From: an uncultured Bacteroidales bacterium
GTDB taxonomy: Bacteria > Bacteroidota > Bacteroidia > Bacteroidales > UBA10428
DNA: 46,500 nucleotides
Assembly (NCBI GenBank): GCA_964580815.1
Contig: CAZOLY010000002.1
Coordinates: forward strand, 1-46,500
Direction of reading: 5' to 3'
Shown here: positions 1 to 9,171 of the stretch, in pieces
Position numbering within the stretch: the stretch's first letter is position 1
How the letters are laid out: every line of letters starts with the position of its first letter
Notes under the pieces: model-generated
Told to the model about the DNA's origin: nothing
What the model saw: only the letters and a program-made list of their open reading frames with translations
Databases searched by the model: none
Program-made: the position numbers and the translations under genes

Positions 1-1
1 T

Positions 2-859
2 TTTTGCAGATTTTCTCCTTACGAAACGGACGGCCGTAAAGATGATACATCAAATTACCAGGCATGGATATCATTTGAAGAGTCGAAATACTCATATGGC
101 AACACAAAGCATTTCACCCAGTGCCGCATTTTTTACGGGTATAATAATGCCCCGTTTATAAATGAGATTTACCAGGATAATATGCTGGTTGATGCAGACC
201 TCATTGCACAAACACATAGATTAAATGTTATTAAGTGGACCTTTGATGAACCCCAGTCTTCCATAACATTAAAGTTTAAAGGCAGCTACAGTCCTGAAAT
301 TTACGCTATAGCACTTGACAGCAAATCGGGAGTAGCTGTCGACAATGTCGCCATGAGGGGATGTTCAGGAACAGTATTCACAAAAATTGACAGCGATCTG
401 CTTCAGGAGATGTATAAATTATTAAACGTTAAATTAATTATTCTGCAGTTTGGAGGTAATGTAGTGCCTTACATCGCTGAAAATTACAAATTTTACGAAG
501 ATTGGTTTTACAGCCAGCTGATAAAATTAAAACAGGTATGCCCTGATGTTTCGATAATTGTAATTGGCCTTGCAGACATGTCAGTTAAGGAAAAGGACAG
601 GTATGTAACCTATCCGAATCTTAATAAAGTGAGGCATGCAATGAAAAGTGCTACATTCAGAGCCGGGGCAGCATACTGGGATATGTACCAGGCAATGGGA
701 GGAAAGAATTCAATGCCAAGCTGGGTATTTGCCGATCCGCCCCTGGCTGCAAAAGACTTTGTCCATTTTAATCCCAGGGGGGCAAGGATAATAGCACAGA
801 TGTTCTATAATTCATTTATCTATGAATATGACAAGTATGAGAAGATGGGAATAAAATAA
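2..859 (+). CDS. SGNH/GDSL-fold hydrolase/acyl-esterase-like protein, 5'-partial (continues off the left edge)
   Basis: Reading frame 2 is open from nt 2 into the listed ORF 182..859 with no stop, so the listed ATG is internal. The C-terminal half has SGNH-like blocks (IILQFGGN; KDFVHFNPRGA resembling the DxxH block). Its layout is paralogous to the next ORF, and it lies upstream of an MBOAT gene. Confidence 0.6.
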   Translation, partial: FCRFSPYETDGRKDDTSNYQAWISFEESKYSYGNTKHFTQCRIFYGYNNAPFINEIYQDNMLVDADLIAQTHRLNVIKWTFDEPQSSITLKFKGSYSPEIYAIALDSKSGVAVDNVAMRGCSGTVFTKIDSDLLQEMYKLLNVKLIILQFGGNVVPYIAENYKFYEDWFYSQLIKLKQVCPDVSIIVIGLADMSVKEKDRYVTYPNLNKVRHAMKSATFRAGAAYWDMYQAMGGKNSMPSWVFADPPLAAKDFVHFNPRGARIIAQMFYNSFIYEYDKYEKMGIK

Positions 860-940
860 TATATGTTTCATCTTCCATGATTTAAATATTTCTGCGGATT
901 TGCATAATGTAATTAATGCTATTTAAGGGAGTCAGTATTT

Positions 941-2203
941 ATGATAAGAAAGAGCATCTTTTTACTTCCGGTATTATTTACCCTTATTAAAACAGTATCT
1001 TATTCACAGCAGGAATATTATCCGTTTGAAATCACAAAATACAGTTTCATAAGATATGATAAAAACAATTTCATATTCTTTAATGACAGCTCCTCATTTG
1101 AAAGAATTCTTAATATATATGACAGTCTTATTATCTATGGTAAGGGGCGATTAAGAATTGTGCATATCGGCGGTTCCCACGTCCAGGCAGACGTTTATAC
1201 AAATGAAATAAGGCGGCGGTTGCAAACATTTTATCCCGGACTGGCAGGGGCAAGGGGTTTTATCTTTCCTTACAGGGTAGCAAAGACTAATAATCCTTCA
1301 AATTTTAAAGTCACCTATAACGGCTTGTGGGACTATTGTAAAAGTACGCAGCGCGATAAAAACTGTATATTGGGACTGTCAGGTTATTCCATCTCCGCAT
1401 ACAGTCCGGATGCCTCAATACATATTACCTTAAATACCGATAGCCTGATTCATTACGACTTTAATAAAGTTAAAATATATCATAATCATGATAGCAGCAG
1501 CTTTGAACTAATACCGGATAATCCCGGCAATATTAATGAAGTGAAAGTAAATGATACTTCGGGTTATACCGAGTATGAATTCAATAATTACATTGATGAA
1601 CTCACGCTTTGCTTCATCAAAGCAGACAGCATACAAGATCATTTCACATTATACGGACTTAGTTTTGAAAACGATGATCCGGGGATTATTTATGATGCAG
1701 TGGGCGTGAATGGTGCCAAGCTGGATTCCTATCTGGGATGCAGCCTTTTTTCACGGCATTTGTCATCTCTTGATCCCGACCTTGTAATAATATCACTTGG
1801 CACAAATGACGGCTATACAAGAAAGCTGAACACCGATTTATATAAAAAAAATTACCTTATGTTACTGGAATTAATAGAACATGCAGCACCGCAGGCTGCA
1901 ATTTTACTGACAGTACCAAATGACAGCTACCTTTATAACAGATATATAAACAGAAATACAGAAAAAATGAAAAATATTATTTTTGATATTGCCAGAGATA
2001 ATAATTATGGGGTATGGGATTTTTATACAATCATGGGAGGACTTAATTCCTCATATGCATGGTACTTAAACGGACTGATGAGCAGGGACAAGATACATTT
2101 TAACAGGAATGGTTACCTCTTTAAGGGTGATTTATTCTTTAACGCGTTTTTAAAAGCATATGAAAACCATATAGATAAAAATTTAAATAATGATCATCAT
2201 TAA
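941..2203 (+). CDS. SGNH/GDSL-family hydrolase with N-terminal signal peptide
   Basis: Signal-like N-terminus MIRKSIFLLPVLFTLIKTVSYSQ. SGNH blocks are present: RIVHIGGSHVQAD (block I-like), VIISLGTNDG (GxND) and DKIHFNRNGY (DxxH). A purine-rich AAGGGAG lies about 10 nt upstream of the ATG. Confidence 0.7.
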   Translation: MIRKSIFLLPVLFTLIKTVSYSQQEYYPFEITKYSFIRYDKNNFIFFNDSSSFERILNIYDSLIIYGKGRLRIVHIGGSHVQADVYTNEIRRRLQTFYPGLAGARGFIFPYRVAKTNNPSNFKVTYNGLWDYCKSTQRDKNCILGLSGYSISAYSPDASIHITLNTDSLIHYDFNKVKIYHNHDSSSFELIPDNPGNINEVKVNDTSGYTEYEFNNYIDELTLCFIKADSIQDHFTLYGLSFENDDPGIIYDAVGVNGAKLDSYLGCSLFSRHLSSLDPDLVIISLGTNDGYTRKLNTDLYKKNYLMLLELIEHAAPQAAILLTVPNDSYLYNRYINRNTEKMKNIIFDIARDNNYGVWDFYTIMGGLNSSYAWYLNGLMSRDKIHFNRNGYLFKGDLFFNAFLKAYENHIDKNLNNDHH

Positions 2204-2265
2204 AAACGGAAATACCTAATTTAAAGCCTGCAGCTCAAATCCTGCTTGTTTAATAAAATAACCGG

Positions 2266-4455
2266 ATGGAAATCTTAAAGAACATATTTCTCTATGATCA
2301 GGAATCACCGTTGCTTTTCACCCGCCTGTACTTCTGGGGTTTCTATGCTGTTGTTCTCGCCATATATTCTCTTATTTATAAAAAAAATGCCCTGAGGAAC
2401 GCTTATCTCTTCCTGGTAAGTTTGTTCTTTTACTATAAAACAGGAGGCCTCTTTTTCTTTATTCTCCTTTTTTCCACTACATCTAACTTTTTCATAGGTA
2501 AAGCAATATATCAAACCCGCTACCCGCTGGCAAAGAAATTGTATGTGGCTTTAAGTGTTTTGCTGAACCTTGGCGTGCTGGCTTTTTTCAAGTATGACTA
2601 TTTTTTTACCGAGACCATCAATGATGTTTTCAGTACTAATCTTGAAGTTGTCACTCATGCAGCCAAGTGGTCGAATGCTTTGCTGGGCACACATTTTGAC
2701 CTTGGCAAAATACTTCCCCCTGTAGGCATCTCATTTTTTACTTTCCAGACAATAAGTTATACCGTCGATGTATACCTCGAAAAAGTCAAGCCTGTTAAAA
2801 GTATAGCTGACTTTGGATTTTATGTTTCATTCTTTCCCCAGCTTGTTGCCGGACCAATTGTCAGGGCATCACAGTTCATTCCCCAGCTTTATAAGAAATA
2901 TACTTTATCTAAATATGAATTCGGGCTTGGTTTGTATCTTATCCTGAAAGGACTGACAAAAAAAATGTTTGTCGGCGATTTCATCGCAGTAAACCTCATT
3001 GACAGGGTATTTGCCGATCCGATAACATATACGGGTTTTGAAAATCTTATAGCCCTCTACGGATACTCCATACAGGTTTATTGTGATTTTTCAGGATATA
3101 CTGACATAGCCATTGGCGTAGCACTCCTGCTGGGCTTCTACCTGCCCAAAAATTTTAACTCCCCCTACAAGGCTGAGAATTGTGGTGAATTCTGGAAGCG
3201 TTGGCATATTTCACTTTCGTCATGGCTTAAGGACTACCTGTATATACCAATGGGAGGAAACAGGAGAGGCTCACTTTTCACTTACCTCAGCCTCTCATCA
3301 ATACTTATTTTTGTTATTCTTCTTGCAGGCAAGCTGTGGCTGGCTCCACTATTTGTTGCCATAATTCTGTTCATCTGGATGCTGACAAGAATCTTTCCCG
3401 GCCTGCGTTTAACTATAAGTACCAATATCAATATAATGATGACAATGCTTCTGGGAGGACTGTGGCACGGCTCCAGCTGGATGTTCGTAATATGGGGAGG
3501 GCTGAACGGAATTGGCGTTGTCGTATATAAGTTCTGGAAGAGAAATTCGCAAATTGGACGATGGATAATATTTTCTGTACTTAATTTCACTGCTTTGTTA
3601 ACCTTCCTGCTAAATAAACTAAATATCGCGTCTGAACCGGGCGGAACATTCATGAATAACATAATATCCATATGGTCTAAATCATACAGTGTCATTATAT
3701 GGATAGCCCTGAATGTAATATGGTTTATCAGCTATTTTGTATGGAAAATTAAATGGGCAGCTGAAAAAGGAAACTCACAAATATATCTTAACCCGGCAGT
3801 GAGCATATTCCTTTTATCCGCACTCTCAATTGCAGTAACTTATATAACCGGCTTGAATAATGCATATAATCCTTATTTATTAATTGGATTTTTCATTATC
3901 CTGGGAGCTTCAGGGTATTATATTTTTAGTTTCAGTATATTACGTAAATGGGGATTGATACCATTGCTGGCAAGCTTAACAGGAGTAATTATAACAATGG
4001 CCTCAGGTAGTCATTCAGCTCCTGTTATCCTCTGGTTAACTGTTACATTCTTCTGGATTCTATGCTGGCTGCTTCATGTTATAAAAAATCAAACCGAAAC
4101 GCCCTTTTTAGTCCATTTCTGGGGTATTTTTCTGACTTTTAATTTTATAACCTTTACAAGAATCTGGTTTAGAGGCGAATCAATAAAAGGCACTTACGAC
4201 CTGCTTACACAGGTTAGTTCAAGTTTTAATTTAAATATGGCGCCTCAAATGATATCAAGCTACTGGAAAGTACTTGTCATTATGATTTTCGCATTATTTG
4301 TACACTGGATACCGGAAAACACAAAGGTCAAGTACAGAGACTGGTTTATTAATACACCTATCTGGTTAAAAATGATCATCTGCACCGTCGTTGTGTTTAT
4401 CATTTACCAGTCCCTCTCGGCAGACCTTCAGCCTTTCATCTACTTCCAGTTCTGA
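2266..4455 (+). CDS. MBOAT-family membrane O-acyltransferase (AlgI/DltB/PatA-like), unusually long at 729 aa
   Basis: Polytopic hydrophobic protein with MBOAT signature stretches: FWKRWHISLSSWLKDYLYIPMGGNRRG (catalytic His region), LGGLWHGSSWMFVIWGGLNG, and the C-terminal FTRIWFRGES. Confidence 0.85.
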   Translation: MEILKNIFLYDQESPLLFTRLYFWGFYAVVLAIYSLIYKKNALRNAYLFLVSLFFYYKTGGLFFFILLFSTTSNFFIGKAIYQTRYPLAKKLYVALSVLLNLGVLAFFKYDYFFTETINDVFSTNLEVVTHAAKWSNALLGTHFDLGKILPPVGISFFTFQTISYTVDVYLEKVKPVKSIADFGFYVSFFPQLVAGPIVRASQFIPQLYKKYTLSKYEFGLGLYLILKGLTKKMFVGDFIAVNLIDRVFADPITYTGFENLIALYGYSIQVYCDFSGYTDIAIGVALLLGFYLPKNFNSPYKAENCGEFWKRWHISLSSWLKDYLYIPMGGNRRGSLFTYLSLSSILIFVILLAGKLWLAPLFVAIILFIWMLTRIFPGLRLTISTNINIMMTMLLGGLWHGSSWMFVIWGGLNGIGVVVYKFWKRNSQIGRWIIFSVLNFTALLTFLLNKLNIASEPGGTFMNNIISIWSKSYSVIIWIALNVIWFISYFVWKIKWAAEKGNSQIYLNPAVSIFLLSALSIAVTYITGLNNAYNPYLLIGFFIILGASGYYIFSFSILRKWGLIPLLASLTGVIITMASGSHSAPVILWLTVTFFWILCWLLHVIKNQTETPFLVHFWGIFLTFNFITFTRIWFRGESIKGTYDLLTQVSSSFNLNMAPQMISSYWKVLVIMIFALFVHWIPENTKVKYRDWFINTPIWLKMIICTVVVFIIYQSLSADLQPFIYFQF

Positions 4456-4608
4456 GTCTTCTCAAGTTATATTAACCTGTAATTCAACCCCTCTAAAATC
4501 AGCTAATATTACACGCCCCGAAAACATAAAACAATTTAAAATTATAATTTCATAAATATTAACATTTTAAAAAATTTATATCTTTACTTAAAAATAAAAC
4601 CCCGAAGA

Positions 4609-5073
4609 ATGAAGAAAATTATACTTTTCCTGACCATTATTAATATAATTGGCCTTTCTTCATGCAAGAAGGATGAAGAATTATCAAAAACACAGTTGCT
4701 ATGCCGCGCGCCCTGGATATTGTCCGCCAGCATTATTGATCCCCCTTATTTTTTTGAGGGTGTCGGATCAATTACGGATTATTTTGCTGTTCTTGCACCC
4801 TGCCGAAAAGATGACTTATGGAACTTTAGCGATAATGGGAAATATACATATGAAGACGGGGCCATCAAGTGCAATGCCCTTGATCCTTCAATTCTGGACT
4901 ACGGCGACTGGTCATTTAATTCAGCTGAAACGGTTATTATAATAGATAATGGATATTATATGATTCAATATGATGTTTTGGAACTGACCAAACAGACATT
5001 AAAAGTCTCCAGCGTCATTAGCGATACATTAAACAATATTTATAACTGGACAGAAACCTATACTCACCAGTAA
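4609..5073 (+). CDS. Lipocalin-like lipoprotein (hypothetical)
   Basis: Lipoprotein signal with lipobox-like IIGLSSC. The pattern W.L....C..DD...F..NG.Y......C......G.W...........Y.V..L....L is typical of Bacteroidota lipocalin-like domains. Confidence 0.55.
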   Translation: MKKIILFLTIINIIGLSSCKKDEELSKTQLLCRAPWILSASIIDPPYFFEGVGSITDYFAVLAPCRKDDLWNFSDNGKYTYEDGAIKCNALDPSILDYGDWSFNSAETVIIIDNGYYMIQYDVLELTKQTLKVSSVISDTLNNIYNWTETYTHQ

Positions 5074-5190
5074 TATAATTATAAAACTTGCTGTTCCAGG
5101 TATCTTTTAACCTGAATAATATCTTTCATCAGCTTTCCATAAGGAATAAGAGGAGAGATATTAAAGATTCTTTTCACTGTTGTCTGCAAT

Positions 5191-5967
5191 ATGAACAATT
5201 TTATACCAAAGAGTATTTTACGCAAAATGAATTACTTTTCTGATCAGAAAGGTATTTTAGGAAGATATATAAACGAGGAAGGAGCATGGGAAAATCACCT
5301 CGCAAAAACAAAAGAGTATATAATTAACTGCCTTAGGAATAAAAAGCCCGAATCAGTTGCAGTCCTCGGCAGCGGATGGCTACTGGACGTACCCCTGGAA
5401 TATATGGCTAAAAACATTAAAAGAGTCATGCTTCTTGATATTAGTCACCCCCCGCAAATAAAACATAAGATCAAAAAATTTGATAATATGGAACTAATTA
5501 TCAGGGACATCTCCGCTGGAGGAATATTATCAGTATACAACTATGTTAAAGAGTGCAAAAAAAACAGGACTAAGGGTGACTTGAATAAAATAGAATTGCA
5601 GGGTTTAAAATTTGCGCAGCAACCGGATTATATTATTTCATTGAATATACTGAATCAACTTGATATGTTACTTGCCGATTATTTAAAAAAATACGGGATC
5701 TATAACGACAATGAGCTCAATTATCTTCAAAAGAGGATACAAAAATTACATATCGATTCCCTGATCCCCGGCAGATCCTGCCTAATTACCGATTATGAAG
5801 AAGAAATCTATAATCAGGACGGAACACTCGACTTTAAGAGAGACCTTATCCTGACAGATCTGCCACGGCCAAAAAATAAAAAAAAATGGAAATGGTATTT
5901 TGATTCTTCCGGCAATTACTACCCTGGCAAAAAAGTTGTATTTAATGTTGTGGCCCTGGAACTGTAA
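5191..5967 (+). CDS. Hypothetical protein, possible Rossmann/SAM-methyltransferase-like fold
   Basis: VAVLGSGWLLDVP (motif I-like), VMLLDISHP (motif II-like) and DYIISLNILNQL (motif IV-like). It lies 26 nt upstream of the MutS-like gene. The functional call is weak. Confidence 0.4.
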   Translation: MNNFIPKSILRKMNYFSDQKGILGRYINEEGAWENHLAKTKEYIINCLRNKKPESVAVLGSGWLLDVPLEYMAKNIKRVMLLDISHPPQIKHKIKKFDNMELIIRDISAGGILSVYNYVKECKKNRTKGDLNKIELQGLKFAQQPDYIISLNILNQLDMLLADYLKKYGIYNDNELNYLQKRIQKLHIDSLIPGRSCLITDYEEEIYNQDGTLDFKRDLILTDLPRPKNKKKWKWYFDSSGNYYPGKKVVFNVVALEL

Positions 5968-5993
5968 ATACGGGAAAATTAAAATATTTTAAA

Positions 5994-7790
5994 ATGAAGG
6001 AAAAATTTTATAAGGAAAGAGTTAAAAATTTAAATGCCGGTCTTGACTCCGTTGTTAAGGTCATAAACTTACTGTCATTTGCCAGGCTGGTTACATTTAC
6101 CATGGCGATAGTCATACTTGTTTATGTTCTTAAGTTTTCCATAATACTGGCAGTAACTGGCTGTGTCATTATCCTGTTTGCCTTCGGTATCGAGGTAAGA
6201 GGTTTTATTAAAAAGAATAAAACAAAAAATCATATTAAAAGCTTAATTGACATAAACAATAATGAAATAGATGCCCTTAATTACAAATATGAACAGTTTG
6301 GTAGCGGCAATGAATATATCAGCACCTCACATCCTTATAGCTTTGACCTGGATATTTTTGGTAATGGCTCTCTTTTTCAATTCTTAAACAGAACATCCAC
6401 CAGGGCCGGCAGCGATAAACTGGCACTGTGGCTCAATACTCCCGGTACGACGCGGGAACAAATTATCAGCAGGCAGGAGTCCGTGAAAGAACTATCCGCC
6501 ATGATAGACTGCAGGCAGGACTTTTTTGCGGCAGGGAAACAATATAATGAATCTGAAGCTGACATGAATCTAATAAATGAATGGCTCATTGAACCACCCT
6601 GTTACAACAATAAAATAATTTTTAAAATACTTACTTTGATTCTGCCTCTATTTACCGTTTCAGCGTTGATTGCAGGTATAATTATTCCCGTATTTATTGA
6701 TTTTTTTATTCTTTTGTTCCTGTTGCAGCTTTTAATAACAGCACTAAGGTTGAGATATAATAACGCTATTCACTCAATAATAGGCAAAAGAGTTGAGATT
6801 CTAAGAAAATTTGACAGGCTTTTTGCCTGCATCGAAAATGAAGAATTCAAATCCGGGATACTGCTGGGCCTGCAGAATAAACTCAGATACGGTCATACTT
6901 CAGCCCACAAAAGTATTAACAGACTTGCAGCTGTTGTCTCGGCATTTGATAACCGCCTTAACCTGCTGGCCGGAGTCCTGCTTAACGGTTTCCTGCTATG
7001 GGATATTCAGTGCATTATCCGGCTGGAAAAATGGAAGCTTAAATACAGCGATAAAATTTCCAAATGGTTTGATGTAATGGCAGAGTTTGATGCCCTGTCA
7101 AGCCTGGCAAATTTTCATTTTAACTTTCCGGGCCATATTTTCCCATCCCCTGCAACTGACATTATTATCAGTGCCAAAGATATGGGCCATCCCTTAATTG
7201 ACTCCCGTGAAAGGATAACAAACGATTTCTCAATTTCGAATAAAACTGAGTTTGTGATTATCACAGGAGCCAATATGGCTGGCAAAAGCACATTTCTCAG
7301 GACCTTAGGTGTTAATCTCGTACTTGCAATGTGTGGCTCCCCAGTATGTGCATCAAAATTCGATTTCAAAGTCTTTAAGCTTTTTACAAGTATGAGGACA
7401 AGTGATTCACTTCAAAAACATGAATCCTATTTTTATGCCGAATTGAAACGCCTTAAAGAGTTAATTGAGAAACTTGAAAGGAAAGAAGATATATTTATCC
7501 TTCTTGATGAAATTCTTAAAGGGACCAATTCTGCGGATAAACAAAAAGGTTCAAAAGCAATACTCAAAAAACTTATAAACCTGAAAGGAACCGGGGTTAT
7601 CGCGACCCACGATATGGAACTGGCAAAATATGAGAAAAAATTCCCTGCAAACATTAAAAATAAATGCTTCGAAGTGGAAATTAACGGTGCAGAAATATTG
7701 TTTGATTACAAACTGACTGATGGTATTACAAAAAAGATGAATGCTACATTACTAATGAAGCAGATGGGAATACTTAATGAATATTCTTAA
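5994..7790 (+). CDS. MutS-related ATPase (domains III+V only) with predicted transmembrane segments; not a canonical mismatch-repair MutS
   Basis: Walker A ITGANMAGKSTFLRTLG and Walker B FILLDEILKGTNSADK. MutS core-like DLDIFGNGSLFQFLNRTSTRAGSDKLALWL. Hydrophobic helices at about aa 25-70 and 205-250. No mismatch-binding domain I. Confidence 0.8.
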   Translation: MKEKFYKERVKNLNAGLDSVVKVINLLSFARLVTFTMAIVILVYVLKFSIILAVTGCVIILFAFGIEVRGFIKKNKTKNHIKSLIDINNNEIDALNYKYEQFGSGNEYISTSHPYSFDLDIFGNGSLFQFLNRTSTRAGSDKLALWLNTPGTTREQIISRQESVKELSAMIDCRQDFFAAGKQYNESEADMNLINEWLIEPPCYNNKIIFKILTLILPLFTVSALIAGIIIPVFIDFFILLFLLQLLITALRLRYNNAIHSIIGKRVEILRKFDRLFACIENEEFKSGILLGLQNKLRYGHTSAHKSINRLAAVVSAFDNRLNLLAGVLLNGFLLWDIQCIIRLEKWKLKYSDKISKWFDVMAEFDALSSLANFHFNFPGHIFPSPATDIIISAKDMGHPLIDSRERITNDFSISNKTEFVIITGANMAGKSTFLRTLGVNLVLAMCGSPVCASKFDFKVFKLFTSMRTSDSLQKHESYFYAELKRLKELIEKLERKEDIFILLDEILKGTNSADKQKGSKAILKKLINLKGTGVIATHDMELAKYEKKFPANIKNKCFEVEINGAEILFDYKLTDGITKKMNATLLMKQMGILNEYS

Positions 7791-7792
7791 AA

Positions 7793-8581
7793 ATGGGTAA
7801 AAATATTTATATACACGGGACAGAAGGTGATGAACAGGATCGTCTGGCTACTCTCAACAGTATGACTAACAAATCGTTTATTAGTTTTCTCAAACTTCGG
7901 ACCACAGACAAGGTTCTTGAGGTTGGGAGCGGACTCGGACTGCTGGCAAAGGAAGTAGCACATAAAATACCGCAGGGACAGGTAACAGGACTCGAAAAAT
8001 CGGCAGACCAGCTGAAAAAATGTACCTCCGGTTTGCCAAACCTTGCCTTTGTAAAGGGCGATGCCCATAATATGCCCTTTAAAAATAATTCCTTTGATGT
8101 TGTATATTGCCGTTATATACTTGAACACGTAGCTAATCCTCTTAAGGTGCTTAATGAGGTGTGGCGTGTATTGACAAACGGAGGCAGGCTGTTTGTCCAG
8201 GAAAATAACATCCTGGCAATTGAAATGTATCCCGAATGTCCCTATTTTAAAAAAGCATGGCAGAAATTTGCCCTCCTTCAGTATGAACTTGGAGGTGATG
8301 CCCTTATAGGTAAAAAACTCTATTCATTATTAAAAAAAAGTAACTTTAAAAAAATCGAGTTGACCCCCGCCCCCGAATTTCATTATTATGACCTTGGAAC
8401 TTTCATCCCGTGGGTCGAAAATCTTATTGGAAATATTGAAGGAGCCCGAAAAAAACTGATCGATTATAATCTTTTAACTGAAGAAGAAATAAGTGAAGCA
8501 ATTAATGAATTAAGAGATTTTATAACCCTCGAAGATGCCAGCACCTATTTTTACTGGAACAGGGCCACGGCCTACAAATAA
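7793..8581 (+). CDS. Class I SAM-dependent methyltransferase (Methyltransf_11/UbiE-like)
   Basis: VLEVGSGLGLL (motif I), VTGLEKS (motif II), FDVVYCRYILEHV and GGRLFVQE. The start lies 2 nt after the MutS-like stop. Confidence 0.8.
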   Translation: MGKNIYIHGTEGDEQDRLATLNSMTNKSFISFLKLRTTDKVLEVGSGLGLLAKEVAHKIPQGQVTGLEKSADQLKKCTSGLPNLAFVKGDAHNMPFKNNSFDVVYCRYILEHVANPLKVLNEVWRVLTNGGRLFVQENNILAIEMYPECPYFKKAWQKFALLQYELGGDALIGKKLYSLLKKSNFKKIELTPAPEFHYYDLGTFIPWVENLIGNIEGARKKLIDYNLLTEEEISEAINELRDFITLEDASTYFYWNRATAYK

Positions 8582-8738
8582 TTTGGAAATATTAAAAAAA
8601 AAATGCTATTTTGGAATCTCAAGCTCTTCTTAAGCATGTGCATAATTCACTTTAACTGTAACAGGTACATAAATGTCAATTGATATAAAAGTTAAATAGA
8701 AAATCATTTTACAGTAATATAAATCTAAAAAACAAACT

Positions 8739-9089
8739 ATGGAATCAACAGTTAGCAGGGACAGCAAACCTCCCAAACCTCCGGCACCTCAAGGACAAAA
8801 TACTGGCAACACAACTTCTGATATATTAATATTTATTGTTATTGCATATATGCTTCTGGATGCATTGTTAATGTTCCTTTTAAATACATTTTATCCCAGG
8901 TGGTATGATTCCAAAGTAAGATACGCTTACTTTGCATTAAATGTCATTTGGGCTGCCGGTCCTGTTATTCTGGGTATTGCAGTCAGAAATAAAATACTTA
9001 AAATTATCGGAATTATAATGGGCGGGCTGTATGGAATATATATTATCGCAAGTAATATATCAAATATTATACACTACCTGAAATATTAA
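8739..9089 (+). CDS. Small integral membrane protein (hypothetical)
   Basis: Pro-rich polar N-terminus (SKPPKPPAPQGQ) followed by about three hydrophobic helices. No recognisable family. Confidence 0.5.
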   Translation: MESTVSRDSKPPKPPAPQGQNTGNTTSDILIFIVIAYMLLDALLMFLLNTFYPRWYDSKVRYAYFALNVIWAAGPVILGIAVRNKILKIIGIIMGGLYGIYIIASNISNIIHYLKY

Positions 9090-9171
9090 GTGCACTGTAC
9101 AATATATCTTATTTCCGGCAGATGCTTTATTGTATTGTTGGAGGTATTACTATATGCCCGACTTTCTATTA

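Noticed and set aside
2305-3695. Alternate-frame and antisense ORFs within the MBOAT gene (2305..2514, 3182..3364, 3282..3695, 3336..3530)
   Set aside because: They overlap a confidently assigned membrane protein gene and have no independent motifs.
4649-4942. 97-aa alternate-frame ORF inside the lipocalin-like gene, and the 7787..8128 antisense ORF in the methyltransferase gene
   Set aside because: Both are shadow ORFs overlapping better-supported genes. They have no signals of their own.
8594-8603. A10 homopolymer after the methyltransferase gene, and an A9 run inside CDS 5191..5967 (5878..5886), considered as phase-variation tracts
   Set aside because: Runs of this length are expected in DNA this AT-rich. 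The first is intergenic with no clear promoter spacing role, and the second encodes a Lys-rich patch. There is no evidence of switching.
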